Shown piece after piece: positions 10,666-22,651 of a stretch of 64,000 nt of DNA. The stretch comes from Asterias rubens (taxonomy: Eukaryota). How positions within the stretch are numbered: position 1 is the stretch's first letter; every line of letters starts with the position of its first letter. The notes under the pieces are model-generated. The model was given only the letters and a program-made list of their open reading frames with translations, was not told the DNA's origin and ran no database searches. The position numbers were made by a program, and so were the translations under genes. The DNA lies in assembly GCF_902459465.1 (NCBI RefSeq), contig NC_047071.1, forward strand, positions 16,926,001-16,990,000. Reading direction: 5' to 3'.

Positions 10666-13600
10666 TCAGTGTGCCTTCACCTTCCTCTTGGGACCAAAAC
10701 GTTTTTGCCGCAACTTCCACATGTGAGTCAACATGAATGGCCCGACTGAAAGAAAATGAGATTTAATAAGGAGAGGAAAGATGAGTGAGTGGATGAACTA
10801 TCGTGAATAGTCTCTGGTTCATCTATATTCATCTTAAATATATTCTTCTTGTAGCCGTTAACCAAGAGTGGCTTTAAGCCTCGTTTGGGGCATTAAAGGC
10901 AGTGGACACTATTGGTAATTACTAAAAATAATTGTTAGCATAAAACCTCACTTGGTATTGAGTAATGGGGAGAGGTTGATAGTATAAAACATTGTGAGGA
11001 ATGGTTCCCTCTGAAGTGACGTAGTTTTCGAGAAAGAAGTAATTTTACACAAATTTGATTTCGAGAACTCAGATTTAGAATTTAAGGTCTCGAAATCAAG
11101 CATCTGAAAGCACACAACTTCATGAGACAAGGGTGTTTTTTACATTCATTATTATCTTGCAACTTCGATGACCGATTGAGCTCAAATTTTCACAGGTTTG
11201 TTATTTTATGCATAGGTTGAGATACACCAAGTGAGAAGACTGGTCTTTGACAATTACCAATAGTGTCCAGTGTCTTTAAACAAATAATAATGACTAAAAA
11301 ATAAGCATTTTAGAAAGCATGCATGAGCTGAACATCTCCTCCCCAAAAGCGTACGAATTGTATGCTAGTGAAACTGTCGGTAACAGTTGACTGCCCCTTA
11401 CCAACATATAGCTAATTACACTTTTGCTACATTTAGATAATTACACTTAAGCTTAAGGTTACATGATTTTGTTAATGTTGTTGTTATTGTTATTTATAAG
11501 TCCCATTATATAAAAGGATTCTGAAAGCCTAAACCAGTCCCACAAAAGATCTATAAATAAAAATACTTACGAAGGACCAAGAGAGCAAGGTGGACGTACA
11601 AGTAGTAATCAAAACGGAACGCAAAGTTGAAAGAATTCGGAAGGCTCATGGAAAAAATGCCTCGTTCTTGGGCGTACGGGATTGCAAGATGGGCCACAAT
11701 ACCTGGAAAAAAAAGTTATCAGAAAAGTGGTTTAAAGTCAAACACAATCATATGAAAATAATTGTGGTGGACAATGAAAACTTGACTCGAGCTGAACTTG
11801 GACCTGCAACTTCCGGAATTATTATTTATTTATTTATTTAAATTTCTGAAATGAATATAGGATCAAAATTTTAGGAGCTATGTTAAAGGATGGCATAAAA
11901 ACAGTTTGGTAACCCCTAGAGTTACATATCACAAGGAGCTTCCGGGAACAATATCCTCGGTACTTAAGAAGATCAGTCAGCTTGTCATTTGACTAGTCCA
12001 TTAAGCTATTTCACTAGTCAATCTTCAAATGAAATAGGTATGCTTTTCAAGCGGACCATTTGGAGAGAATTCTGACTGACTGATCCTCAAATGTTTTTCG
12101 GCCAGGGAGCCACTGTTAAGGGAGAACGCCGACCAATAGTCTAGTGTCCATTTTAAGCCTAAGGCTGTGTCGAATTGGCTGCTACAGCTAGATATAGGCG
12201 TCATCATGCATTGCAGTATAGAACGTCCTTAGCAACACCCTTTAGCAACAGCTGCAAATGTACATGTCGACGCCAATTCGGATACGGCCTACTCTTCAGC
12301 CCATTGATAATATCCATCATTCAATCTGACCTCTGTATGACCTTCCATTCAATCTGACCTCTGTATGACCTACCACTTAATATGACCTCTGTATGACCTT
12401 CCATTCAATCTAACGTCTGTATGACCTACTATTCAATCTGACCTCTGTATGACCTACCATTCAATATGACCTCTGTGTGACCTACCTTCTGACAATATAC
12501 CCAGAGGGTAAAGGGGCATCCACATTGTGTATCGCAGCCATGTGACGACCTCACTGTCATAATCTAAGGTTGCGAATATATAGTAAGGATACCTGGGTAC
12601 AAAAAGACAAAGTGGAATTAATGGATTAATCCCGTTTCAAGATTTGTAGTACATCCCTGACAGGCCAAAATATTAGTAATCAAAACTGTGTCTTCTTGTA
12701 TAGTGTTCAGATTCATCACTAAGTGACACTCGTGGTGCTCTAGCATTATTACTGCTGGTTACTGTGCCAATTATTTCATTCCTTTTTAATATTTAAAAAA
12801 ATAAATTAGTAAAATTCCAAACAAATTACAACTGCACACAACTTAAAAGACAAAAACAAAACAAAACAAAGACACATTTCATTGTCCAGCAATACTAAAA
12901 ATGTACATGAGAAAATTGTAAAAATGTCTTCCCCCCCCCCCCCCCGAAAAGACAAGATTAAAATCCTCACCTTACGACTTCTATAGCACTCCATATGAGA
13001 AACAGATAGCACACAATGGGCTCTGAATGCAGCTCCTCAATCGGTACAATTATCAAGAACAACACGAGGTCACGACCTAACACCTGTCAAAGATTACACA
13101 TCATATTGGTTAATTAATTATGGCTTCTTATATAGTGCTCATATCCATCACTCAGTGACGTTCAAGGCGATTCAACATTCAGTACTTTACTGCAAGTTAT
13201 TTTGGAGCTATGTTTTTGAAATATGGGACCTAATTTCTTTTACATAGCACCATGTAATGTTTACAAGGCGATGTGGCACAATATGCTGCCAATCAAAGCA
13301 GGTACACTGGGATGAACCCCTTCTCTTTTCAATAAGTGAACTTCTTTTTTTTTTTTTACGGCTTTACGTCCCATCCGAAGGACGAAGCATCATGGTTAAG
13401 TGTCTTGCTTTTAAAAGGACACCAGAGTCATGACTGGGACTCGAACCCACCCTCTGCTGATCAGAAACACCAGGGTTTGAATCTGGTGCTCTTAACCGCT
13501 CGGCCATGACACACCACTAAAGTCACTGGCCTCAGGCCTGCAGTCCCGTATTAAATTTGAGCTCTGCCTACAGCCACACCCTACATACCTGCATGATAGG

Positions 13601-14994
13601 AGCAGCCAAGCCTGTTTTGACGAGCCCTGTCAATGGATGAACAATCTCTAGTACTGCCAGTATTTGGGCTATTCCTAATGGGTAGAAAGCCCTCTCGAAA
13701 GCAGCGTTCATATCATCTGATGTCAAGACAAGAATTTAATAGAATTGAATCAATCAAAATCAGGTATGATTTTCAGGCTATTTAATCACAATTTTGCTGA
13801 TTTTTCTGAGGGCTAAAAAACTGGAAATCAAACTTTAGTAGGAAGAATATCACGTCTGCAAAATGAATTTTACAGTGATCAACAAACCCTCCAAAAACCA
13901 TGGTGCTCTTAACAAAGAATATAAAATATAAAAAACAACAAATCTACAAAATGAATTACCTTTGCCATAGAGTATGAACCAAGTGAAGAGCAGTATGGAG
14001 ACATATGTATACATGATGAACTGCAACAAGTTGTAGATGAACAAGTATGCTGTCTTCATATCTGTATAGGCTGTTTAGGAAAAAAAGAAAATTGTCAGTT
14101 TGAGTTCAGGGGTTTTCCCCAAGTTTTTTTTAGGAGCAGTGTGGATGATTGAACAACATTTAACAAGTACATCAAGAGTTTCATCATTGATACAGCCAAA
14201 AATACTTATACTTTGTATGTTTCAATTTATAAGGATTTTATCATCACGCCCATGACAAGAAGAAGCAACATAAAACTGATTCAGAATAAGAAATCATCAG
14301 TGATTTAGCAAGGAAATGTTGAGATCAACTGTTGATGTTTAAGTCCTTGGTAATCACTCTTAATCATTTAGGTATACTTTGTCTTTAATACAAACCTTTG
14401 TCCTGAGCGTCCATAATTTGTTTCTCAAGCTCTTTAATCTTCGCTCGATGGTCTACCTGATACAAAGAATACAATGGGCATCTTAACTCCAAGACTCTTT
14501 CATTTTACAAGATCATTTCATGAAAACCTACAGATTTATGTCCCTTCCGAAGAACAAAGCAATAATGGTTAAGTATCTTCCTCAATGGACAAAACTGTCG
14601 AGGCAGGGACACCAAACGATAATCATCTGATCAGAAACACCAGAGCTGAGTTCTGTGATATACAGCGCTGTGAAGGTTGACCAAGCTCAAATACTGCATG
14701 TCTGAATGATAAACACACTCTCCTCATTGAACCCAAGTCTCGACACTCATGGGGTGACAGGTCTTTTTCTTCAGCCGCGCCACGCATCTGGAACTCTCTA
14801 CCACTTAATCTTTGATCTTGTGTTTGTACCGCAAAATTCGAGTCTCTTCTCAAAACTTATCTTATGTCACAGGTTTTCAATGACTAATTTTGTTGTTTCT
14901 GTTTTTCTTTGTGTTGTGTTTTGTTTTTTGTTTTGTTTTTGGTTTTACTGCGCCTTGAACACCCAGCAGGGTGGATATGTGCGCATTACAAGTC

Positions 14995-15028
<34 letters not shown>

Positions 15029-18000
15029 CATCTAATCAGAAACACCAGAGCTGAGTTCTGTGATATACAGCGCTGTGAAGGTTGACCAAGCTGAAATATT
15101 GCATGTCTGAATGATAAACACACCATCAAATGTGGAGAGAAATCTTTTCAAAGTCTCCTCCTATACTTACTCTTTTGCATCCAGTAGGATCACTTACATA
15201 CCACAGTGAAAGACTTGCCACAACTACTACTCTAGAGTCATATAATGTGATCAATGTTGAGAGAGCTACAGTGAAGCCTAGTTTCATTACAGGAATTGAG
15301 AATGGGTACAAAGTACATCTAGGAATATTCTTATCATTGATCTAAAGCTACTTTGATTAATCTTTATATCTGAAACACATAGATCAGATAGATTGGTGTT
15401 ACACTGCGAAAATAGTAAGTTATTGATTGATCTCTTCAAAGGGTACTCTCCCTTCGTGATTCAGTTGAAACTCTAACCCCCTGTAGGTTTACATGTATTT
15501 GCTAGGATCCTTTATCACAATCAAAACCAAACACCATTCTGGTGACTCAACCACAAGTTTGTCGGACTCTGAATACTCAATTCCATATAAAGCATAAGTG
15601 GTTTATAAATAGCAGCCCTCAATCCAGCCAGAGTCAAACAAACTATTCTGATGGAGATTGATGGGTTTGGAGTACACTTAGCAAAGGTGAGGAGAGGCAA
15701 AGATGATACAAGTATATCTTAGAAAAGATAACAAGGGCAAAGATGGGTTTAGAACACATCTTAGAAAAGATGAGGAGCCCTAGACAAGGATGGGAGGAGT
15801 ACATCTTAGAAAAGGTGAGGAGCCCTAGACAAGGATGGGAGGAGTACATCTTAGAAAAGGTAGCGGGAGACAAAGATAGGATGGCAAAATATGGAAGGAA
15901 AAGAGAGGAGCAAAGAATATTGGACTAGTCAAGAAGGTAGAAATGAAGGCTAGAAAAATACAAGAAAAAGATGAGAAACAGAAGGAGTAAGCCTATAATG
16001 GATACTTAAAGTCACCTGGAAGTGGTATTTTTTCAAAATAAAGCTTTTGTCACTAATATATGTGTTTTGATGAGTGGAATGTGAATAAACAGTTAACTAA
16101 GGTTTTAAACAATCAGTTCTTATGTTATTTACAAATTTACGGTGTAAGATATCCTTGTTTTAAAATGTTTACCTTTTGAACTTGTTCTTGGTCTCCCTCA
16201 CTGTCCTCCAACTCCAACTTATCAAAGTCAAGACGGAGCCAAGCTGCTTTCTCTTTCTTGTAGGTAACTCGCGGCCAGAAGTCTGACTTCGCTGCCTTAG
16301 CTAGACTTATCTCAACATTGCGGTCAAGAACACGGTATGTGCTTTTCTATTTATTAGAAACAAAATTCACAACAGTGTACATTTCATAACAGTGTTTTTA
16401 CAAAGTGTGTTTAATTTTATATTGCGCTGAAGGGCTTGTGGTAGAAAACAATAATTGGATGTAATTACATTACCATGGTAATAAACTTACATCAGGGTTT
16501 AAGATATTCAGTAGCCTTCTGCCTGAGTCCATTAATTGGAGACCTCGGCTAGTAATATGGGTGACCGGGCAGGGCATCTGCCCTGCTAACTTTTGCCAAA
16601 AGAACTATGCATTTATTTACCTCCTCGTCAACAGCTCCATAGAAGTCCAATGAGAACTTGTAGAAGTGAAGTCCTCCAGCGCCAACACCTTGGGCTGGAA
16701 CACAATACAATGGTGTTTGTATCATCATTAAGCAAACTTGAAACAATGAACACTTGATCAAGAGCAAGGGTGAGAATTAGACCCGGTAACTGGGTCGCTG
16801 TTCTCATTTTCTCCTTTTTTCCCTGTTACTGGGTCTAGGTAAGAATATTATCATGAGTTCAATGAAAGATGACATACCAAGTTGTTCATCTTTCAGCAGA
16901 TGAAAATATGCCCCTATTGCACAAACTTAATGCAAAATATTGTAAGTTCAGGTTTTTAAAAAAGATCTAAATTTTAGATAAAAAAGCAATCAAACAAATT
17001 AATCATCAGTCAATAAAAATTATCAAGTTGCATACTGAAATAAACAACACACCATAAGGTTTATCGCGATTCAGAAACGCAATGCATTGTGGGAAGGAAT
17101 ATGGGGCGGTTTCTATGTAGTTTCTACGACTCGCGCACGCAACGCCTATACCTTTGTGTGGGTTCAACAGCGCCCTCTCTTGATATTTTGCTATTCGCGA
17201 TAAACCTTATGGGGCATCCCTACATGCCCTACGTCCGATAATGACAAATTTTGAAGAAAAAAGGAGTACAGCACTCCACTTACTGGGTCTAGGGGTATAA
17301 TGGGTCTACTTAAAGTATTAAATACTATTATATTATTCAATAAATTTACCTTCAAATTGAAGATTCTCATCCGTAACAACTATTTTGTGGTTCTGAAAAA
17401 AAGAAAAAGGTTAGTTTAACAAAGAATACATTTACAATCTTTCTTTGTCCTTCACTCTGACCTTAATTAACAACAAATTAAAAAAAAAAAAAAAAAACAT
17501 AAACAAATTATTTATATTTATCATAATAATAATATTAAATATTGATAATAATGTAAATGAAAATGTCATAATTTGGTCTACATTTTGTACCCTCGTTTTG
17601 GGACCAAGTCACTGTAGTTTGTCAGTGTTTTTTAGTCCTAATCTTCAGATCTTAGTCAAAACATAAAATGCAATTTTAAAGCTATAATATATACAGAACA
17701 ACACTCAGTTTGTATTATTTGAATGAACTTTGAACTCTTAAAAAATACTGGTAGGGATGCAAACGCCTGTGCTTTGTAAATGTAAGGCTAGATATTAATG
17801 TGCAAATGATAATTCAATGTTTATTGTGGTGTACTGTGATTGAAAATGCTCTTAAAACGTTGTCATTGCGAACACTGAAACTTGGAAGAATCAACCAAAA
17901 TTCTACCTCCATGATGACCAATCTAGGATTCTAGCAAGGACCAGAAAAAAAACCTAACATTTTTATTTTTTAGGAAATCATGCAAACATTTTGCTTTCAA

Positions 18001-18095
18001 CTTACAGTCACGTCGCTAATGTCTACTTTTAGAGACACGTTCTTGTCTGTCTGTGCCCAGTACACAAGTGGGTGCAATACTCCATCACCTGACAT
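10666..18095 (-). CDS. HACD3: Very-long-chain (3R)-3-hydroxyacyl-CoA dehydratase 3 (CS/p23 domain + PTPLA domain)
   Basis: Eleven GT-AG exons in frame: 18095-18006, 17392-17350, 16694-16621, 16346-16173, 14456-14396, 14070-13960, 13716-13589, 13083-12971, 12592-12486, 11702-11571, 10745-10666. Motifs HPLVYWAQ, WPRV..WLRLDFDK, YLFIYNLLQF, LGRDLVLF, RYPYY, WLRYTMWMPLYPLG and a C-terminal basic tail match HACD3/PTPLAD1. Confidence 0.93.
10893..11279. mobile_element. Kolobok-like TTAA MITE copy (HACD3 last intron)
   Basis: Same TIRs and interior as 8031-8418, TTAA on both sides. Confidence 0.8.
12160..12291. mobile_element. Short Harbinger-like MITE (GGCTGTGTCGAATTGGC / GCCAATTCGGATACGGCC); related copy 33675-33808
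   Basis: Imperfect TIRs starting GGC; two related copies in the window. Confidence 0.5.
12318..12486. repeat. 28-bp minisatellite (CATTCAATCTGACCTCTGTATGACCTWC), about 6 copies
   Basis: Head-to-tail units with no unique spacers; abuts the HACD3 exon 9 donor. Confidence 0.85.
13110..13515 (-). mobile_element. tRNA-derived SINE with L2-like 3' tail; other copies about 14520-14650(-), 19420-19600(+), 45415-45490(+), 55870-56155(+), 56925-57250(+), 57820-58080(+), 61790-62070(+)
   Basis: Head has Pol III A box (TGGCCGAGCGG) and B box (GTTCGAGTCC); shared body CTTCGTCCTTCGGATGGGACGTAAAGCC; tail GCGCCTTGA...GATATGAGCGCTATATAAG ending in an AT-rich or (ATT)n tract. Confidence 0.75.
14719..15026 (+). 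mobile_element. 5'-truncated L2-clade LINE 3' end with (ATT)n tail
   Basis: Degenerate translation GDRSFSSAAPRIWNSLP...SLLKTYL, typical of the L2 ORF2 C-terminus, then a 3' UTR and (TTA)n. A second copy of the tail lies at about 37375-37470 (-). Confidence 0.75.
15700..15870. repeat. 45-bp purine-rich minisatellite (CATCTTAGAAAAGGTGAGGAGCCCTAGACAAGGATGGGAGGAGTA), 3-4 copies
   Basis: Direct tandem units; explains the repetitive ORFs at 15643-15873 and 15743-15928. Confidence 0.8.
17052..17212. mobile_element. 160-bp inverted-repeat element in HACD3 intron 2 carrying promoter-like motifs
   Basis: TIR CCATAAGGTTTATCGCGA / TCGCGATAAACCTTATGG; interior GCAATGCATTGTGGGAA, GGGGCGG, TGTAGT, CAGCGCCCTCT. 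Confidence 0.55.
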
Positions 18096-18321
18096 AATTG
18101 GTACAAACACGTTTTTCACTTAAATTTCAAAAGAAAACGGCAAAACAACGAGCAGACAACATTCATGTCATCATGCGATTCGACTGGAACCACCTACATG
18201 CATGAACCTAAACTCTTGAGGGCGCGCTACCAACTCTGCTTTTTTCTGGACATGCATGAATAAAGTTTTCTTTTCACAAATCTTTTATAGAATATTAATA
18301 TAGGCATATATATAGGTGACA
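18096..18321. promoter_or_regulatory. Probable bidirectional promoter of HACD3 (-) and THEM4-like (+)
   Basis: Only 226 bp between the inferred divergent start codons; contains TTGAGGGCGC, which also occurs upstream of MPP10 at about 51308. Confidence 0.6.
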
Positions 18322-20698
18322 ATGCAAGGTAGTTTTGGTCTGCACAGACTTAATGCACTGTTTCCGCTGGTGTTCGAGTTCGGCCTTCAAAGACATTCAG
18401 CTGCAACTATACAATCCCAAGTCATCAGAGGAGACAAGTACAACTTCAGCAACTGCTGCCAGCCATCACAGACAAGATCTCAGCTGCTTAAAATTAAAAC
18501 AAAATCGGCTAGATTTAGTAATAGTTGGGTGAGTTTTTGAGTTGATGATTCTTTTTTAACATGCTGAGTCATCCATAACTTCTAGCTCTTTTGGTTTTGC
18601 ATGCTCCATCCATGTTCTGCTCTAGTAAAAAGAAGCTGTACCCAACAAACAAAAGTAAAAAGTACTAATTATAAATCATAAATGAACTACTGGATACTTA
18701 ACTAAGGTAAAGGGTAAAACAAACTAAATTAATAATACTTCAATATTGATTGTTTTGTATATTAATAGACTACTTCCAACAATAATGTTGTTAGTAATGC
18801 TTCTCATATTTATTGCATGGCATTTTGATGTTACAAAATTGTTTTGATTGTACAGTATTTTATAGGCCTACATCCATTATTTATTATAATTTATAAAATT
18901 GAAACAATCAATCAATGGTTGAAAAACAAAAGGTATACTTTGCCTTTCGAGCAGAGGTTGGCAAACATATAGCCCATTTTTTAAAACAAAGTGGCCCTTT
19001 TTTTCTGTCTGCGGCTTATGATTATTTTAATGATACTTATTATTCTCTCTATAGCGATCATTACCTAAAAACATGAGTACTTCAATGGCAATGTCAATGT
19101 CAAAGTTCAACGACTGGCTCCCTGAAACCGAGGAGGTTTACTGTCGACTCAAATCTATGGCCATGGAGCAAGACGGCTGGACGGAGTCCACAAACACTAA
19201 CTCTGGCATCAAACCAAAGCGGGAACTATTCACACGAGTTGAAACGGATGACGGACCTGTCATTCATTATGCTCTATTTCTACATGAACGAGAAATGAGG
19301 CTGTGTGGAGTTTGCCAGTTTGGACTCCAAGCGCAGGGACCTCCAGAGTAAGTTGGAACATCTGGGCACGATCTTGGCACATGCAAGTAGAAATATTGAT
19401 GAGTGATAATGGCGTGTTATGACCGAGTGATAAAAGCACTGGACATTAAGGTCTGGCGTATCTGATCAGCTAGTGGGTTTGAGTCCAGCTCCTGACTATG
19501 CCCTTGAGCAAGATACTTTAGTCTTAATTGCTTTGTACTGCGAATGTCCTAAAAAAAACACTGAGAACACTTATCATGGAAGAGTAGGGGTTAACCCCAG
19601 TGTTTCTGGTTCACATAGCAAACACCCTTGTATACAGATTTCCAAAAAGTTCCGAGCTGCAGTTAAAAAGTTCACTTATGAGGCATGCTTGGTTTCAGTA
19701 CCAGAAATATATATTAATAAAGTAATAATCAAAACGTTTCAAAGTTATTCAATAATAAAAAATAAAACAATCATATCTAGTGCTGCTTTTCTGCTAAGCA
19801 AAAACAAGCAGTATACCAGTCACAAATCGTACATGTGACATGCAGTTTTGGCTGGTAACCCCATCCTGGTAAGCATAATGTTGCATTGAGCTTAGCTAGT
19901 TTATGTGTTTTTTAAAGCAGCTCGATGAAATTGGGCCCTACAAGTATGTTGAACCAATAATTGTCTTGTGAATATTTTGCAGTTATGTCCATGGAGGCGC
20001 AAGTGCTACGATGCATGATTCCATTACTGGGGTGCTAACTCACGGAGCCATCAAGGAGAGATGTGTGACGGCCTCGCTCAATGTCAACTTCAAAAAGTAA
20101 GACACTTAATTTGAAGCCTAATTTAATCCATTTATCAAGCCTTGCGCTTTAAGTAGCCCAACAGGCTATTACCCCAGGAAGTTTTAGTTGGCCATATTCC
20201 AAACATGTATTGTCACATTGTATGTATATTTCTGATGCATTATAGTAGTAATCAAAACCGTCTAATTTGTCAAATGAACACTTTAAAAGTATATTGTTAT
20301 TGAAAAGTAGGTTGCACAGTTTAAGTAGCCCACAGGGCAAGTTTAGAAGTGATTTTTACTAGCCCATACCAGTTTTTACTAGACATATGCCAGTCTAGCA
20401 TCAAGGTCGAGCCCTGATCAAGTACACGGTATACGACAAACTTGTATCATATTGAACCTCCTTCATATCATTTTTAGTTAAATTTAATTTTTTGTCCTTT
20501 TATTTCAGCCCGACTCCCCTGAGAACTGCCATCTTAATAGAAGCATCCGTGGAGAAAATTGACGGCAAAAAGATTCACTTGAAAGCGTGTCTTAAGAAAG
20601 CGGATGGATCCAGGGTCTACTCTGATTCGACGGCGCTGTACGTCAGCATAGAAAGCAAACTACGCGAAATAGAACAAAGATCTAATGGAAAGATTTAG
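18322..20698 (+). CDS. THEM4: Hotdog-fold acyl-CoA thioesterase, THEM4/THEM5-like
   Basis: Exons 18322-18528, 19055-19347, 19983-20096, 20509-20698 join in frame: LFTR..QGPPDYVHGGASATMHD..TASLNVNFK..IEASVEKIDGKKIHLKA..YSDSTALY. First exon less certain; alternative start at 19073. Confidence 0.8.
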
Positions 20699-22269
20699 TT
20701 TAAAAAATATATCAGTTTTTAGACATAGTCCTATTTTGTTCAGATTGTAATTTTTTTTAAGTTTCTTAACTTGGCTGAATTTTTTCAGGTTTTTAAACTT
20801 CGACCAATCACACCCCTGTCAGGGATGTGATCTCTCCGTTTTTAACAAAAAATCCTTTAATTCCCCCCTCAAAAAAACAAACAAACCCAAAACAGAAACA
20901 AACAAATGCCCAACAGTTTGAGATATTCTTGGGAGAATCCCGCAGTGAAATAAAGAATGCGCTTACTACATACATGTAAATTTATTTATACATTAGTTTT
21001 GTATTCTAGCCATTAATTTCATGCTGCTTCAGTCATGTATGAAAACCAACTTGACTTTAAAAAAAACATGCAGGAATTACCCCCAAAATTGATCAAAACA
21101 TACCACAAGAAAGTGCATCACAGAGCACGTACTTTGCACTCAAGGTTCAGTTTTTACATCCCTCGCAATTAGACTTAGAATTGATAGTATAGGGCATTAA
21201 ATAACAGACCTAAAGCACAAAATATGTATAGCATTAAGTATTGTGTAAACATATCAGAGTATGAGCAGCTGTGTACATTCCTTTTTTTGTGGTTTGAGGC
21301 TAAGCATATATTTATTTATTTAAAACAAATTAAATTAAATTTATTCAGCATACTTTCCATATTGGAGAAATCATACGTACAAGTTTATATAGGTAGGTAT
21401 GAAAAATGGATATCATATTAACAAGCCTTCATTTCCCCCCTAAACTGATATTGATGAGGTGTCTAAGATAGATTTTAATTTTGTTTAATCGCTCTTTGTT
21501 TTTGTTCTTTTTGCTTGTCTACAGAAGTAAACATTGCATCTGCCAAATTCAGTACAAAACTAAGTTCTTGTCTAACTTAGCCATGGCTAACAGAAGGGAG
21601 AACATTAGCATGTTGCGAAGCTACCAACTCTCCCTGGTTTTGCAAAAAGTTCCCTAAAAACAAAGCAATCGTTCCATGTTTTTATGAGCAATTTTGAAAA
21701 ACTCTCTCATTTTGGATTGTGTTTGCCTGTATGTATCTCCTTGATGACTGAACAAAACCTCCCTGATTGCAAGATGGAACCCTGTATGATGCTTTTATGT
21801 TGACGGACAAAATGCGGATAACAATGTTATTAGTAAGAATTCAAAACACTTGTTTATAAGGTAACAATATTTATTGGCCCTTTTCATGAGACAGCTCATT
21901 ACTTATAATTATTTGATTTTAGGGGTTTTTGTTTTGTATAATTACTTTACAGTGATGATGGGCTCTTAATAGTTTCTAAAACAAGTTCTTCCCGTGAAAT
22001 GGGTTTAATTTAATTGTGGATAGTATTTTATTAAAATTAAACACACTAAAAAACAGTCTTTCAATTCATTATACAAATTATATTTTTAATTTGTGTGAAA
22101 TGTTTTGTTTCACTAAATTGCAGATGTTATTCTAATTAAATTAAATACACCTAATCTGTAAAGGATACACAAATTTTGTGTGAAAAGTTTTTCATTAAAT
22201 TAAGGATGTCATTTTAATATAAACTGAAAATACAGAAAAAAACAAAATTTTCATTACACATTATACAGT

Positions 22270-22651
22270 AAACACTATTGGTAATTGTAAAAGACTAGTC
22301 TTCACAGTTTGTGTATCTCAACATATGCATAAAATAACAATCCTGTGAGAATTTGAGCTCAATCGTTCGTCGAAGTTGCGAGATAATAATGAAAGAAAAA
22401 ACACCCTTATCACACGAAGTTATGTGCTTTCTGATGCTTGTATTCGAGACCTCAACTAATTCTAAACTAACTTGAGGTCTCGATATCAAATTCGTGGAAA
22501 ATTACTTCTTTCTCGAAAACTACGTCACTTCAGAGGGAGCTGTTTCTCACAATGTTTTATACTACCAACCTCTCCCCCTTACTCGTAATCAAGAAAGGTT
22601 CTATGCTAATAATTATTTTGAGTAATTACCAATAGTGTCCACTGCCTTTAA
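22270..22651. mobile_element. Kolobok-like TTAA MITE copy, sharing its right TTAA with the next element
   Basis: Same family as 8031-8418; junction reads GCCT-TTAA-AGTCACCTGG. Confidence 0.75.

Noticed and set aside
12318-12486. CRISPR array
   Set aside because: Contiguous units without unique spacers, in a eukaryotic intron with no cas genes.
15130-16000. Tyrosine-recombinase element (DIRS/Crypton) remnant
   Set aside because: Only a vague terminal resemblance; no recombinase or RT motifs in any frame.
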